Shown: piece after piece, positions 1 to 15,000 of the stretch | How positions within the stretch are numbered: the first letter of the stretch is position 1 | Layout of the letters: the number at the start of each line of letters is the position of its first letter | From: Centroscyllium fabricii | Lineage: Eukaryota | Assembly (NCBI GenBank): GCA_051313645.2 | Contig: JBNRSN020000004.1 | Span: 204,662,001 to 204,726,000, forward strand | DNA length: 64,000 nt | Direction of reading: 5' to 3' | Position numbers and translations under genes: made by a program | Notes under the pieces: generated by a model | Databases searched by the model: none | What the model saw: the letters and a program-made list of their open reading frames with translations, nothing else | What the model was told of the DNA's origin: nothing

Positions 1-3000
1 TCTGTAAACAGCAGCGGTGCATGGTGGCAATGCAGAAAGCACTCTATAAACAGCAGTGCATGGTGGCAATGCAGAAAGCACTCTGTAAATGGCAGCGGTG
101 CATGGTGGCAATGCAGAAAGCACTCTGTAAACAGCAGTGCATTGTGGCAATGCAGAAAGCACTCTGTATACAGCAGTGCATGGTGGCAATGCAGAAAGCA
201 CTGTGTAAACAGCAGCAGTGCATGGTGGGAATGCAGAAAGCACTCTGTAAACAGCAGCGTTGCATGGTGGCAATGCAGAAAGCGCTCCGTAAACAGCAGC
301 GGTGCATGGTGGCAATGCAGAAAGCACTCTGTAAACAGCAGCGCATGGTGGCAATGCAGAAAGCACTCTGTAAACAGCAGTGCATGGTGACAATGCAGAA
401 AGCACTCTGTCAACAGCAGTGCATTGTGGCAATGCAGAAAGCACTCTGTAAACAGCAGCAGTGCATGGTGGCAATGCAGAACACACTCTGTAAACAGCCG
501 TGCATGCTGGGAATGCAGAAAGCACTCTGTAAACAGCAGCTGTTCATGCTGGCAATGCAGAAAGCACTCTGTAAACAGCAGCAGTGCATGGTGGCAATGC
601 AGAAAGCACTGTGTAAACAGCAGCAGTGCATGGTGGCAATGCAGAAAACACTCTGTAAACAGCAGTGCATGGTGACAAAGCAGAAAGCACTCTGTAAACA
701 GCAGCAGTGCATGGTGGCAATGCAGAAAGCACTCTGTAAACAGCAGTGCATTGTGGCAATGCAGAAAGCACTCTGTAAACAGCAGCGGTGCATGGTGGCA
801 ATGCAGAAAGCACTCTGTAAACAGCAGTGCATGGTGGCAATGCAGAAAGCACACTGTAAACAGCAGCGGTGCATGGTGGCAATGCAGAAAGCACTCTGTA
901 AACAGCAGCCGTGCATGGTGGCAATGCAGAAAGCACTCTGTAGACAGCAGTGTATGGTGGCAATTCAGAAAGCACTCTGTAAACAGCAGTGCATGGTGGC
1001 AATGCAGAAAGCACTGTGTAAACAGCAGCAGTGCATGGTGGCAATGCAGAAAGCGCGCTGTAAACAGCAGCAGTGCATGGTGGCAATGCAGAAAGCACGC
1101 TCTAAACAACAGCAGTGCATGGTGGCAATGCAGAAAGCACGCTGTAAACAGCAGCAGTGCATGGTGGCAATGCAGAACACAGTCTGTAAACAGCAGCAGT
1201 GCATGGTGGCAATGCAGAAAGCACTCTGTAAACAGCAGCAGTGCATGGTGACAACGCAGAAAGCACTCTGAAACAGAAGCAGTGCATGGTGGCAATGCAG
1301 AAAGCACTCTGTAAACAGCAGTGCATGGTGGCAATGAAGAAAGCACTCAGTAAACAGCAGCAGTGCATGGTGGCAATGCAGAAAGCACTCTGTAAACAGC
1401 AGTGCATGGTGGCAATGCAGAAAACACTCTGTAAATGGCAGCAGTGCATGGTGGCAATGCAGAAAGCACTCTGTAAACAGCAGTGCATGGTGGCAATGCA
1501 GAAAGCACTCTGTAAATGGCAGCGGTGCATGGTGGCAATGCAGAAAGCACTCTGTAAACAGCAGTGCATGGTGGCAATGCAGAAAGCACTCTGTAAATGG
1601 CAGCGGTGCATGGTGGCAATGCAGAAAGCACTCTGTAAACGGCAGCAGTGCATGGTGGCAATGCAGAAAGCATTCTATGAACGGCAGCAGTGCATGGTGG
1701 CAATGCAGAAAGCACTCTGTAAACAGCAGCAGTGCATGTTGGCAATGCAGAAAGCACTCTGTAAATGGTAGCTGTGCATGGTGACAATGCAGAAAGCACT
1801 CTGTAAACAGCAGTGTATGGTGGCAATGCAGAAAGCACTCTGTAAACAGCAGTGCATGGTGGCAATGCAGAAAGCACGCTGTAAACAGCAGCAGTGCATG
1901 GTGGCAATGCAGAAAGCACTCTGTAAACAGCAGTGGTGCATGGTGGCAATGTAGAAAGCACTCTGTAAACAGCAGCGGTGCATGGTGGCAATGCAGAAAG
2001 CACTCTGTAAACAGCAGCAGTGCATGGTGGCAATGCAGAAAACACTCTCTAAACAGCAGTGCATGGTGGCAATGCAGAAAGCACTCTGTAAACAGCAGCG
2101 GTGCATGTTGGCAATGCAGAACACACTCTGTAAACAGCAGCAGTGCATGGTGGCAATGCAGAAAGCACTCTGTAAACAGCAGCAGTGCATGGTGACAATG
2201 CAGAAAGCACTCTCTAAACAGCAGTGCATGGTGGCAATGCAGAAAGCACTCTGTAAACAGCAGCGGTGCATGGTGGCAATGCAGAACACATTCTAAACAG
2301 CAGCAGTGCATGGTGGCAATACAGAAAGCACTCTGTAAACAACAGCAGTGCATTGTGACAATGCAGAAAGCATTCTGAAACAGAAGCAGTGCATTGTGGC
2401 AATGCAGAAAGCACTCTGTAAACAGCATTGCATGGTGGCAATGAAGAAAGCTCTCTGTAAACAGCAGTGGTGCATGGTGGCAATGCAGAAAGCCCTCTGT
2501 AAACAGCAGCAGTGCATGGTGGCAATGCAGAAAGCACTCTGTAAACAGCAGTGCATTGTGGCAATGCAGAAAGCACTCTGTAGACAGCAGCAGTGCATGG
2601 TGGCAATTCAGAAATCACTGTGTAAACAGCAGCAGTGCATGATGGCAATGCAGAAAGCACGCTGTAAACAGCAGCAGTGCATGGTGGCAATGCAGAAAGC
2701 ACTGTGTAAACAGCAGCAGTGCATGATGGCAATGCAGAAAGCACGCTGTAAACAGCAGCAGTGCATGGTGGCAATGCAGAAAGCACTCTAAACAGCAGCA
2801 GTGCATGGTGGCAATGCAGAAAGCACTCTGTAAACAGCAGTGCATGGTGGCAATGCAGAAAGCACTCTCTAAACAGCAGCAGTGCATGGTGGCAATGTAG
2901 AAAGCACTCTGTAAACAGCAGTGCATGGTGGCAATGGAGAAAGCACACTGTAAACAGCAGCAGTGCATGGTGGCAATGCAGAAAGCACTCTGTAAACAGC

Positions 3001-6000
3001 AGCAGTGCATGGTGACAATGCAGAAAGCACTCTGAAACAGAAGCAGTGCATGGTGGCAATGCAGAAAGCACTCTGTAAACAGCAGTGCATGGTGGCAATG
3101 CAGAAAGCACTCTGTAAACAGCAGTGCATGGTGGCAATGCAGAAAGCACTCTGTAAATGGCAGCGGTGCATGGTGGCAATGCAGAAAGCACTCTGTAAAC
3201 AGCAGCAGTGCATGGTGGCAATGCAGAAAGCACTCTGTAGACAGCAGTGCATTGTGGCAATGCAGAAAGCACTCTGTAGACATCAGTGTATGGTGGCAAT
3301 TCAGAAAGCACTCTGTAAACAGCAGCAGTGCATGGTGGCAATGCAGAAAGCACGCTGTAAACAGCAGCAGTGCACGGTTGCAATGCAGAAAGCACACACT
3401 AAACAACAGCAGTGCATGGTGGCAATGCAGAAAGCACTCTGTAAACAGCCGTGCATGGTGGCAATGCAGAAAGCACTCTGTAAACAGCAGCGGTGCATGG
3501 TGGCAATGAAGAAAGCACTCTGTAAACAGCAGCGGTGCATGGTGGCAATTCAGAAAGCACTCTGCAAACAGCAGTGCATGGTGACATTGCAGAAAGCACT
3601 CTGTAAACAGCATTGTATGGTGGCAATGCAGAAAGCACTCTGTAAACAGCATTGTATGGTGGCAATGCAGAAAGCACTCTGTAAACAGCAGCGGTGCATG
3701 GTGGCAATGCAGAAAGCACTCTATAAACAGCAGTGCATGGTGGCAATGCAGAAAGCACTCTGTAAATGGCAGCGGTGCATGGTGGCAATGCAGAAAGCAC
3801 TCTGTAAACAGCAGTGCATTGTGGCAATGCAGAAAGCACTCTGTATACAGCAGTGCATGGTGGCAATGCAGAAAGCACTGTGTAAACAGCAGCAGTGCAT
3901 GGTGGGAATGCAGAAAGCACTCTGTAAACAGCAGCGTTGCATGGTGGCAATGCAGAAAGCGCTCCGTAAACAGCAGCGGTGCATGGTGGCAATGCAGAAA
4001 GCACTCTGTAAACAGCAGCGCATGGTGGCAATGCAGAAAGCACTCTGTAAACAGCAGTGCATGGTGACAATGCAGAAAGCACTCTGTCAACAGCAGTGCA
4101 TTGTGGCAATGCAGAAAGCACTCTGTAAACAGCAGCAGTGCATGGTGGCAATGCAGAACACACTCTGTAAACAGCCGTGCATGCTGGGAATGCAGAAAGC
4201 ACTCTGTAAACAGCAGCTGTTCATGCTGGCAATGCAGAAAGCACTCTGTAAACAGCAGCAGTGCATGGTGGCAATGCAGAAAGCACTGTGTAAACAGCAG
4301 CAGTGCATGGTGGCAATGCAGAAAGCACTCTGTAAACAGCATTGTATGGTGGCAATGCAGAAAGCACTCTGTAAACAGCAGCGGTGCATGGTGGCAATGC
4401 AGAAAGCACTCTATAAACAGCAGTGCATGGTGGCAATGCAGAAAGCACTCTGTAAATGGCAGCGGTGCATGGTGGCAATGCAGAAAGCACTCTGTAAACA
4501 GCAGTGCATTGTGGCAATGCAGAAAGCACTCTGTATACAGCAGTGCATGGTGGCAATGCAGAAATTACTGTGTAAACAGCAGCAGTGCATGGTGGGAATG
4601 CAGAAAGCACTCTGTAAACAGCAGCATTGCATGGTGGCAATGCAGAAAGCGCTCCGTAAACAGCAGCGGTGCATGGTGGCAATGCAGAAAGCACTCTGTA
4701 AACAGCAGCGCATGGTGGCAATGCAGAAAGCACTCTGTAAACAGCAGTGCATGGTGACAATGCAGAAAGCACTCTGTCAACAGCAGTGCATTGTGGCAAT
4801 GCAGAAAGCACTCTGTAAACAGCAGCAGTGCATGGTGGCAATGCAGAACACACTCTGTAAACAGCCGTGCATGCTGGGAATGCAGAAAGCACTCTGTAAA
4901 CAGCAGCTGTTCATGCTGGCAATGCAGAAAGCACTCTGTAAACAGCAGCAGTGCATGGTGGCAATGCAGAAAGCACTGTGTAAACAGCAGCAGTGCATGG
5001 TGGCAATGCAGAAAACACTCTGTAAACAGCAGCAGTGCATGGTGGCAATGCAGAAAGCACTGTGTAAACAGCAGCAGTGCATGGTGGCAATGCAGAAAAC
5101 ACTCTGTAAACAGCAGTGCATGGTGACAAAGCAGAAAGCACTCTGTAAACAGCAGCAGTGCATGGTGGCAATGCAGAAAGCACTCTGTAAACAGCAGTGC
5201 ATTGTGGCAATGCAGAAAGCACTCTGTAAACAGCAGCGGTGCATGGTGGCAATGCAGAAAGCACTCTGTAAACAGCAGTGCATGGTGGCAATGCAGAAAG
5301 CACACTGTAAACAGCAGCGGTGCATGGTGGCAATGCAGAAAGCACTCTGTAAACAGCAGCCGTGCATGGTGGCAATGCAGAAAGCACTCTGTAGACAGCA
5401 GTGTATGGTGGCAATTCAGAAAGCACTCTGTAAACAGCAGTGCATGGTGGCAATGCAGAAAGCACTGTGTAAACAGCAGCAGTGCATGGTGGCAATGCAG
5501 AAAGCGCGCTGTAAACAGCAGCAGTGCATGGTGGCAATGCAGAAAGCACGCTCTAAACAACAGCAGTGCATGGTGGCAATGCAGAAAGCACGCTGTAAAC
5601 AGCAGCAGTGCATGGTGGCAATGCAGAACACAGTCTGTAAACAGCAGCAGTGCATGGTGGCAATGCAGAAAGCACTCTGTAAACAGCAGCAGTGCATGGT
5701 GACAATGCAGAAAGCACTCTGAAACAGAAGCAGTGCATGGTGGCAATGCAGAAAGCACTCTGTAAACAGCAGTGCATGGTGGCAATGAAGAAAGCACTCA
5801 GTAAACAGCAGCAGTGCATGGTGGCAATGCAGAAAGCACTCTGTAAACAGCAGTGCATGGTGGCAATGCAGAAAACACTCTGTAAATGGCAGCAGTGCAT
5901 GGTGGCAATGCAGAAAGCACTCTGTAAACAGCAGTGCATGGTGGCAATGCAGAAAGCACTCTGTAAATGGCAGCGGTGCATGGTGGCAATGCAGAAAGCA

Positions 6001-9000
6001 CTCTGTAAACAGCAGTGCATGGTGGCAATGCAGAAAGCACTCTGTAAATGGCAGCGGTGCATGGTGGCAATGCAGAAAGCACTCTGTAAACGGCAACAGT
6101 GCATGGTGGCAATGCAGAAAGCATTCTATGAACGGCAGCAGTGCATGGTGGCAATGCAGAAAGCACTCTGTAAACAGCAGCAGTGCATGTTGGCAATGCA
6201 GAAAGCACTCTGTAAATGGTAGCTGTGCATGGTGACAATGCAGAAAGCACTCTGTAAACAGCAGTGTATGGTGGCAATGCAGAAAGCACTCTGTAAACAG
6301 CAGTGCATGGTGGCAATGCAGAAAGCACGCTGTAAACAGCAGCAGTGCATGGTGGCAATGCAGAAAGCACTCTGTAAACAGCAGTGGTGCATGGTGGCAA
6401 TGTAGAAAGCACTCTGTAAACAGCAGCGGTGCATGGTGGCAATGCAGAAAGCACTCTGTAAACAGCAGCAGTGCATGGTGGCAATGCAGAAAACACTCTC
6501 TAAACAGCAGTGCTTGGTGGCAATGCAGAAAGCACTCTGTAAACAGCAGCGGTGCATGTTGGCAATGCAGAACACACTCTGTAAACAGCAGCAGTGCATG
6601 GTGGCAATGCAGAAAGCACTCTGTAAACAGCAGCAGTGCATGGTGACAATGCAGAAAGCACTCTCTAAACAGCAGTGCATGGTGGCAATGCAGAAAGCAC
6701 TCTGTAAACAGCAGCGGTGCATGGTGGCAATGCAGAACACATTCTAAACAGCAGCAGTGCATGGTGGCAATACAGAAAGCACTCTGTAAACAACAGCAGT
6801 GCATTGTGACAATGCAGAAAGCACTCTGAAACAGAAGCAGTGCATTGTGGCAATGCAGAAAGCACTCTGTAAACAGCATTGCATGGTGGCAATGAAGAAA
6901 GCTCTCTGTAAACAGCAGTGGTGCATGGTGGCAATGCAGAAAGCCCTCTGTAAACAGCAGCAGTGCATGGTGGCAATGCAGAAAGCACTCTGTAAACAGC
7001 AGTGCATTGTGGCAATGCAGAAAGCACTCTGTAGACAGCAGCAGTGCATGGTGGCAATTCAGAAATCACTGTGTAAACAGCAGCAGTGCATGATGGCAAT
7101 GCAGAAAGCACGCTGTAAACAGCAGCAGTGCATGGTGGCAATGCAGAAAGCACTGTGTAAACAGCAGCAGTGCATGATGGCAATGCAGAAAGCACGCTGT
7201 AAACAGCAGCAGTGCATGGTGGCAATGCAGAAAGCACTCTAAACAGCAGCAGTGCATGGTGGCAATGCAGAAAGCACTCTGTAAACAGCAGTGCATGGTG
7301 GCAATGCAGAAAGCACTCTCTAAACAGCAGCAGTGCATGGTGGCAATGTAGAAAGCACTCTGTAAACAGCAGTGCATGGTGGCAATGGAGAAAGCACACT
7401 GTAAACAGCAGCAGTGCATGGTGGCAATGCAGAAAGCACACTGTAAACAGCAGCAGTGCATGGTGGCAATGCAGCAAGCACTCTCTAAACAGCAGTGCAT
7501 GGTGGCAATGCAGAAAGCACTCTGTAAACAGCAGCGGTGCAGGGTGGCAATGCAGAACACACTGTAAACAGCAGCAGTGCATGGTGGCAATGCAGAAAGC
7601 ACTCTGTAAACAGCAGCAGTGCATGGTGACAATGCAGAAAGCACTCTGAAACAGAAGCAGTGCATGGTGGCAATGCAGAAAGCACTCTGTAAACAGCAGT
7701 GCATGGTGGCAATGCAGAAAGCACTCTGTAAACAGCAGTGCATGGTGGCAATGCAGAAAGCACTCTGTAAATGGCAGCGGTGCATGGTGGCAATGCAGAA
7801 AGCACTCTGTAAACAGCAGCAGTGCATGGTGGCAATGCAGAAAGCACTCTGTAGACAGCAGTGCATTGTGGCAATGCAGAAAGCACTCTGTAGACATCAG
7901 TGTATGGTGGCAATTCAGAAAGCACTCTGTAAACAGCAGCAGTGCATGGTGGCAATGCAGAAAGCACGCTGTAAACAGCAGCAGTGCACGGTGGCAATGC
8001 AGAAAGCACACTCTAAACAACAGCAGTGCATGGTGGCAATGCAGAAAGCACTCTGTAAACAGCCGTGCATGGTGGCAATGCAGAAAGCACTCTGTAAACA
8101 GCAGCGGTGCATGGTGGCAATGAAGAAAGCACTCTGTAAACAGCAGCGGTGCATGGTGGCAATGCAGAAAGCACTCTGCAAACAGCAGTGCATGTTAACA
8201 TTGCAGAAAGCACTCTGTAAACAGCATTGTATGGTGGCAATGCAGAAAGCACTCTGTAAACAGCACTGTATGGTGGCAATGCAGAAAGAACTCTGTAAAC
8301 AGCAGCGGTGCATGGTGGCAATGCAGAAAGCACTTTATAAACAGCAGTGCATGGTGGCAATGCAGAAAGCACTCTGTAAATGGCAGCGGTGCATGGTGGC
8401 AATGCAGAAAGCACTCTGTAAACAGCAGTGCATTGTGGCAATGCAGAAAGCACTCTGTAAACAGCAGTGCATGGTGACAATGCAGAAAGCACTCTGTCAA
8501 CAGCAGTGCATTGTGGCAATGCAGAAAGCACTCTGTAAACAGCAGCGGTGCATGGTGGCAATGCAGAAAGCACTGTGTAAACAGCAGCAGTGCATGGTGG
8601 CAATGCAGAAAACACTCTGTAAACAGCAGTGCATGGTGACAAAGCAGAAAGCACTCTGTAAACAGCAGCAGTGCATGGTGGCAATGCAGAAAGCACTCTG
8701 TAAACAGCAGTGCATTGTGGCAATGCAGAAAGCACTCTGTAAACAGCAGCGGTGCATGGTGGCAATGCAGAAAGCACTCTGCAAACAGCAGTGCATGGTG
8801 GCAATGCAGAAAGCACACTGTAAACAGCAGCGGTGCATGGTGGCAATGCAGAAAGCGCTCTGTAAACAGCAGTCGTGCATGGTGGCAATGCAGAAAGCAC
8901 TCTGTAGACAGCAGTGTATGGTGGCAATTCAGAAAGCACTCTGTAATCAGCAGTGCATGGTGGCAATGCAGAAAGCACTGTGTAAACAGCAGCAGTGCAT

Positions 9001-12000
9001 GGTGGCAACGCAGAAAGCACGCTGTAAACAGCAGCAGTGCATGGTGGCAATGCAGAAAGCACGCTTTAAAAAACAGCAGTGCATGGTGGCAATGCAGAAA
9101 GCACGCTGTAAACAGTAGCAGTGCATGGTGGCAATGCAGAAAGCACGCTCTAAACAACAGCACTGCATGGTGGCAATGCAGAAAGCACTCTGTAAACAGC
9201 CGTGCATGGTCGCAATGCAGAAAGCACTCTGTAAACAGCAGCGGTGCATGGTGGCAATGAAGAAAGCACTCTGTAAACAGCAGCGGTGCATGGTGGCAAT
9301 GCAGAAAGCACTCTGCAAACAGCAGTGCATGGTGACATTGCAGAAAGCACTCTGTAAACAGCAGCTGTGCATGGTGGCAATGCAGAACACACTCTGTAAA
9401 CAGCAGCAGTGCATGGTGGCAATGCAGAAAGCACTCTGTAAACAGCAGCAGTGCATGGTGACAATGCAGAAAGCACTCTGAAACAGAAGCAGTGCATTGT
9501 GGCAATGCAGAAAGCACTGTAAACAGCAGTGCATGGTGGCAATGCAGAAAGCACTCTATAAACAGCAGTGTATGGTGGCAATGCAGAAAGCACTCTGTAA
9601 ACAGCAGTGCATGGTGGCAATGCAGAAAGCACTCTGTAAATGGCAGCGGTGCATGGTGGCAATGCAGAAAGCACTCTGTGAACAGCAGTGCATGGTGGCA
9701 ATGCAGAAAGCACTGTGTAAACAGCAGCAGTGCATGGTGGCAATGCAGAAAGCACACTGTTAACAGCAGCAGTGCATGGTGGCAATGCAGAAAGCACTCT
9801 AAACAGCAGTGCATGGTGGCAATGCAGAAAGCACTGTGTAAACAGCAGCAGTGCATGGTGGCAATGCAGAAAGCACGCTGTAAACAGCAGCAGTGCATGG
9901 TGGCAATGCAGAAAGCACTGTGTAAACAGCAGCAGTGCATGGTGGCAATGCAGAAAGCACTCTGTAAACAGCAGCGGTGCATGGTGGCAATGCAGAACAC
10001 ACTCTAAACAGCAGCAGTGCATTGTGGCAATGCAGAAAGCACTCTGTAAACAGCAGTGCATGGTGGCAATGAAGAAAGCACTCTGTAAACAGCACTGGTG
10101 CATGGTGGCAATGCAGAAAGCACTCTGTAAACACCAGCCGTGCATGGTGGCAATGCAGAAAGCACTCTGTAAACAGCAGTGCATGGTGGCAATGCAGAAA
10201 GCACTCTGTAAATGGCAGCGGTGCATGGTGGCAATGCAGAAAGCACTCTGTAAACAGCAGTGGTGCATGGTGGCAATGCAGAAAGCACTCTGTAAACAGC
10301 AGCAGTGCATGGTGGCAATGCAGAAAGCACTCTGTAAACAGCAGTGCATTGTGGCAATGCAGAAAGCACTCTGTAGACAGCAGCAGTGCATGGTGGCAAT
10401 TCGGTAATCACTGTGTAAACAGCAGCAGTGCATGATGGCAATGCAGAAAGCACTCTGTAAACAGCAGCGGTGCATGGTGGCAATGCAGAACACACTCTAA
10501 ACAGCAGCAGTGCATTGTGGCAATGTAGAAAGCACTCTGTAAACAGCAGTGCATGGTGGCAATGAAGAAATCACTCTGTAAACAGCACTGGTGCATGGTG
10601 GCAATGCAGAAAGCACTCTGTAAACAGCAGCCGTGCATGGTGGCAATGCAGAAAGCACTCTGTAAACAGCAGTGCATGGTGGCAATGCAGAAAGCACTCT
10701 GTAAATGGCAGCGGTGCATGGTGGCAATGCAGAAAGCACTCTGTAAACAGCAGTGGTGCATGGTGGCAATGCAGAAAGCACTCTGTAAACAGCAGCAGTG
10801 CATGGTGGCAATGCAGAAAGCACTCTGAAAACAGCAGTGCATTGTGGCAATGCAGAAAGCACTCTGTAGACAGCAGCAGTGCATGGTGGCAATTCAGAAA
10901 GCACTGTGTAAACAGCAGCAGTGCATGATGGCAATGCAGAAAGCACGCTGTAAACAGCAGCAGTGCATGGTGTCAATGCAGAAAGCACTGTGTAAACAGC
11001 AGCAGTGCATGATGGCAATGCAGAAAGCACACTGTAAACAGCAGCAGTGCATCGTGGCAATGCAGAAAGCACTCTAAACAGCAGCAGTGCATGGTGGCAA
11101 TGCAGAAAGCACTCTGTAAACAGCAGTGCATGGTGGCAATGCAGAAAGCACTCTCTAAACAGCAGCAGTGCATGGTGGCAATGTAGAAAGCACTCTGTAA
11201 ACAGCAGTGCATGGTGGCAACGGAGAAAGCACACTGTAAACAGCAGCGGTGCATGGTGGCAATGCAGAAAGCACTCTGTAAACAGCAGCAGTGCATGGTG
11301 GCAATGCAGCAAGCACTCTCTAAACAGCAGTGCATGGTGGCAATGCAGAAAGCACTCTGTAAACAGCAGCGGTGCATGGTGGCAATGCAGAACGCACTCT
11401 GTAAACAGCAGCAGTGCATGGTGGCAATGCAGAAAGCACTCTGTAAACAGCAGCAGTGCATGGTGACAATGCAGAAAGCTCTCTGAAACAGAAACAGTGC
11501 ATGGTGGCAATGCAGAAAGCACTCTGTAAACAGCAATGCATGGTGGCAATGCAGAAAGCACTCTGTAAATGGCAGCGGTGCATGGTGGCAATGCAGAAAG
11601 CACTCTGTAAACAGCAGCAGTGCATGGTGGCAATGCAGAAAGCACTCTGTAGACAGCAGTGCATTGTGGCAATGCAGAAAGCACTCTGTAGACAGCAGTG
11701 TATGGTGGCAATTCAGAAAGCACTCTGTAAACAGCAGCAGTGCATGGTGGCAATGCAGAAAGCACGCTGTAAACAGCAGCAGTGCATGGTGGCAATGCAG
11801 AAAGCACGCTCTAAACAACAGCAGTGCATGGTGGCAATGCAGAAAGCACTCTGTAAACAGCGGTGCATGGTGGCAATGAAGAAAGCACTCTGTAAACAGC
11901 AGCGGTGCATGGTGGCAATTCAGAAAGCACTCTGCAAACAGCAGTGCATGGTGACATTGCAGAAAGCACTCTGTAAACAGCATTGTATGGTGGCAATGCA

Positions 12001-15000
12001 GAAAGCACTCTGTAAACAGCATTGTATGGTGGCAATGCAGAAAGCACTCTGTAAACAGCAGCGGTGCATGGTGGCAATGCAGAAAGCACTCTATAAACAG
12101 CAGTGCATGGTGGCAATGCAGAAAGCACTCTGTAAATGGCAGCGGTGCATGGTGGCAATGCAGAAAGCACTCTGTAAACAGCAGTGCATTGTGGCAATGC
12201 AGAAAGCACTCTGTATACAGCAGTGCATGGTGGCAATGCAGAAAGCACTGTGTAAACAGCAGCAATGCATGGTGGCAATGCAGAAAGCTCTCTGTAAACA
12301 GCAGTGCATGGTGGCAATGCAGAAAGCACTCTCTAAACAGCAGCAGTGCATGGTGGCAATGTAGAAAGCACTCTGTAAACAGAAGTGCATGGTGGCAATG
12401 GAGAAAGCACTCTGTAAACAGCAGCGGTGCATGGTGGCAATGCAGAAAGCACTCTGTAAACAGCAGCAGTGCATGGTGGCAATGCAGAAAGCACTGTCTA
12501 AACAGCAGTGCATGGTGGCAATGCAGAAAGCACTCTGTAAACAGCAGTGGTGCATGGTGGCAATGCAGAACACACTCTGTAATCAGCAGCAGTGCATGGT
12601 GGCAATGCAGAAAGCACTCTGTAAACAGCAGCCGTGCATGGTGACAATGCAGGAAGCACTCTGAAACAGAAGCAGTGCATGGTGGCAATGCAGAAAGCAC
12701 TCTGTAAACAGCAGTGCATGGTGGCAATGAAGAAAGCACTCAGTAAACAGCAACAGTGCATGGTGGCAATGCAGAAAGCACTCTGTAAACAGCAGTGCAT
12801 GGTGGCAATGCAGAAAACACTCTGTAAATGGCAGCGTTGCATGGTGGCAATGCAGAAAGCACTCTGTAAACAGCAGTGCATGGTGGCAATGCAGAAAGCA
12901 CTCTGTAAATGGCAGTGGTGCATGGTGGCAATGCAGAAAGCACTCTGTAAACAGCAGTGCATGGTGGCAATGCAGAAAGCACTCTGTAAACGGCAGCAGT
13001 GCATGGTGGCAATGCAGAAAGCACTCTATAAACGGCAGCAGTGCATGGTGGCAATGCAGAAAGCACTCTGTAAACAGCAGCAGTGCATGTTGGCAATGCA
13101 GAAAGCACTCTGTAAATGGTAGCGGTGCATGGTGACAATGCAGAATGCACTCTGTAAACAGCAGTGTATGGTGGCAATGCAGAAAGCACTCTGTAAACAG
13201 CAGTGTATGGTGGCAATGCAGAACGCACTCTGTAAACGGCCGTGCATGGTGGGAATGCAGAAAGCACTCTGTAAACGGCAGCAGTGTATGGTGGCCATGC
13301 AGAAAGCACTCTGTAAACAGCCGTGCATGGTGGCAATGCAGAATGCACTCTGTAAACAGCCGTGCATGGTGGGAATGCAGAAAGCACTCTGTAGACAGCA
13401 GCAGTGCATGGTGGCAATTCAGAAAGCACTGTGTAAACAGCAGCAGTGCATGATGGCAATGCAGAAAGCATGCTGTAAACAGCAGCAGTGCATGGTGTCA
13501 ATGCAGAAAGCACTGTGTAAACAGCAGCAGTGCATGATGGCAATGCAGAAAGCACGCTGTAAACAGCAGCAGTGCATCGTGGCAATGCAGAAAGCACTCT
13601 AAACAGCAGCAGTGCATGGTGGCAATGCAGAAAGCACTCTGTAAACAGCAGTGCATGGTGGCAATGCAGAAAGCACTCTCTAAACAGCAGCAGTGCATGG
13701 TGGCAATGTAGAAAGCACTCTGTAAACAGCAGTGCATGGTGGCAACGGAGAAAGCACACTGTAAACAGCAGCGGTGCATGGTGGCAATGCAGAAAGCACT
13801 CTGTAAACAGCAGCAGTGCATGGTGGCAATGCAGCAAGCACTCTCTAAACAGCAGTGCATGGTGGCAATGCAGAAAGCACTCTGTAAACAGCAGCGGTGC
13901 ATGGTGGCAATGCAGAACACACTCTGTAAACAGCAGCAGTGCATGGTGGCAATGCAGAAAGCACTCTGTAAACAGCAGCAGTGCATGGTGACAATGCAGA
14001 AAGCTCTCTGAAACAGAAGCAGTGCATGGTGGCAATGCAGAAAGCACTCTGTAAACAGCAGTGCATGGTGGCAATGCAGAAAGCACTCTGTAAATGGCAG
14101 CGGTGCATGGTGGCAATGCAGAAAGCACTCTGTAAACAGCAGCAGTGCATGGTGGCAATGCAGAAAGCACTCTGTAGACAGCAGTGCATTGTGGCAATGC
14201 AGAAAGCACTCTGTAGACAGCAGTGTATGGTGGCAATTCAGAAAGCACTCTGTAAACAGCAGCAGTGCATGGTGGCAATGCAGAAAGCACGCTGTAAACA
14301 GCAGCAGTGCATGGTGGCAATGCAGAAAGCACACTCTAAACAACAGCAGTGCATGGTGGCAATGCAGAAAGCACTCTGTAAACAGCCGTGCATGGTGGCA
14401 ATGCAGAAAGCACTCTGTAAACAGCAGCGGTGCATGGTGGCAATGAAGAAAGCACTCTGTAAACAGCAGCGGTGCATGGTGGCAATTCAGAAAGCACTCT
14501 GCAAACAGCAGTGCATGGTGACATTGCAGAAAGCACTCTGTAAACAGCATTGTATGGTGGCAATGCAGAAAGCACTCTGTAAACAGCATTGTATGGTGGC
14601 AATGCAGAAAGCACTCTGTAAACAGCAGCGGTGCATGGTGGCAATGCAGAAAGCACTCTATAAACAGCAGTGCATGGTGGCAATGCAGAAAGCACTCTGT
14701 AAATGGCAGCGGTGCATGGTGGCAATGCAGAAAGCACTCTGTAAACAGCAGTGCATTGTGGCAATGCAGAAAGCACTCTGTATACAGCAGTGCATGGTGG
14801 CAATGCAGAAAGCACTGTGTAAACAGCAGCAGTGCATGGTGGCAATGCAGAAAGCTCTCTGTAAACAGCAGTGCATGGTGGCAATGCAGAAAGCACTCTC
14901 TAAACAGCAGCAGTGCATGGTGGCAATGTAGAAAGCACTCTGTAAACAGCAGTGCATGGTGGCAATGGAGAAAGCACTCTGTAAACAGCAGCGGTGCATG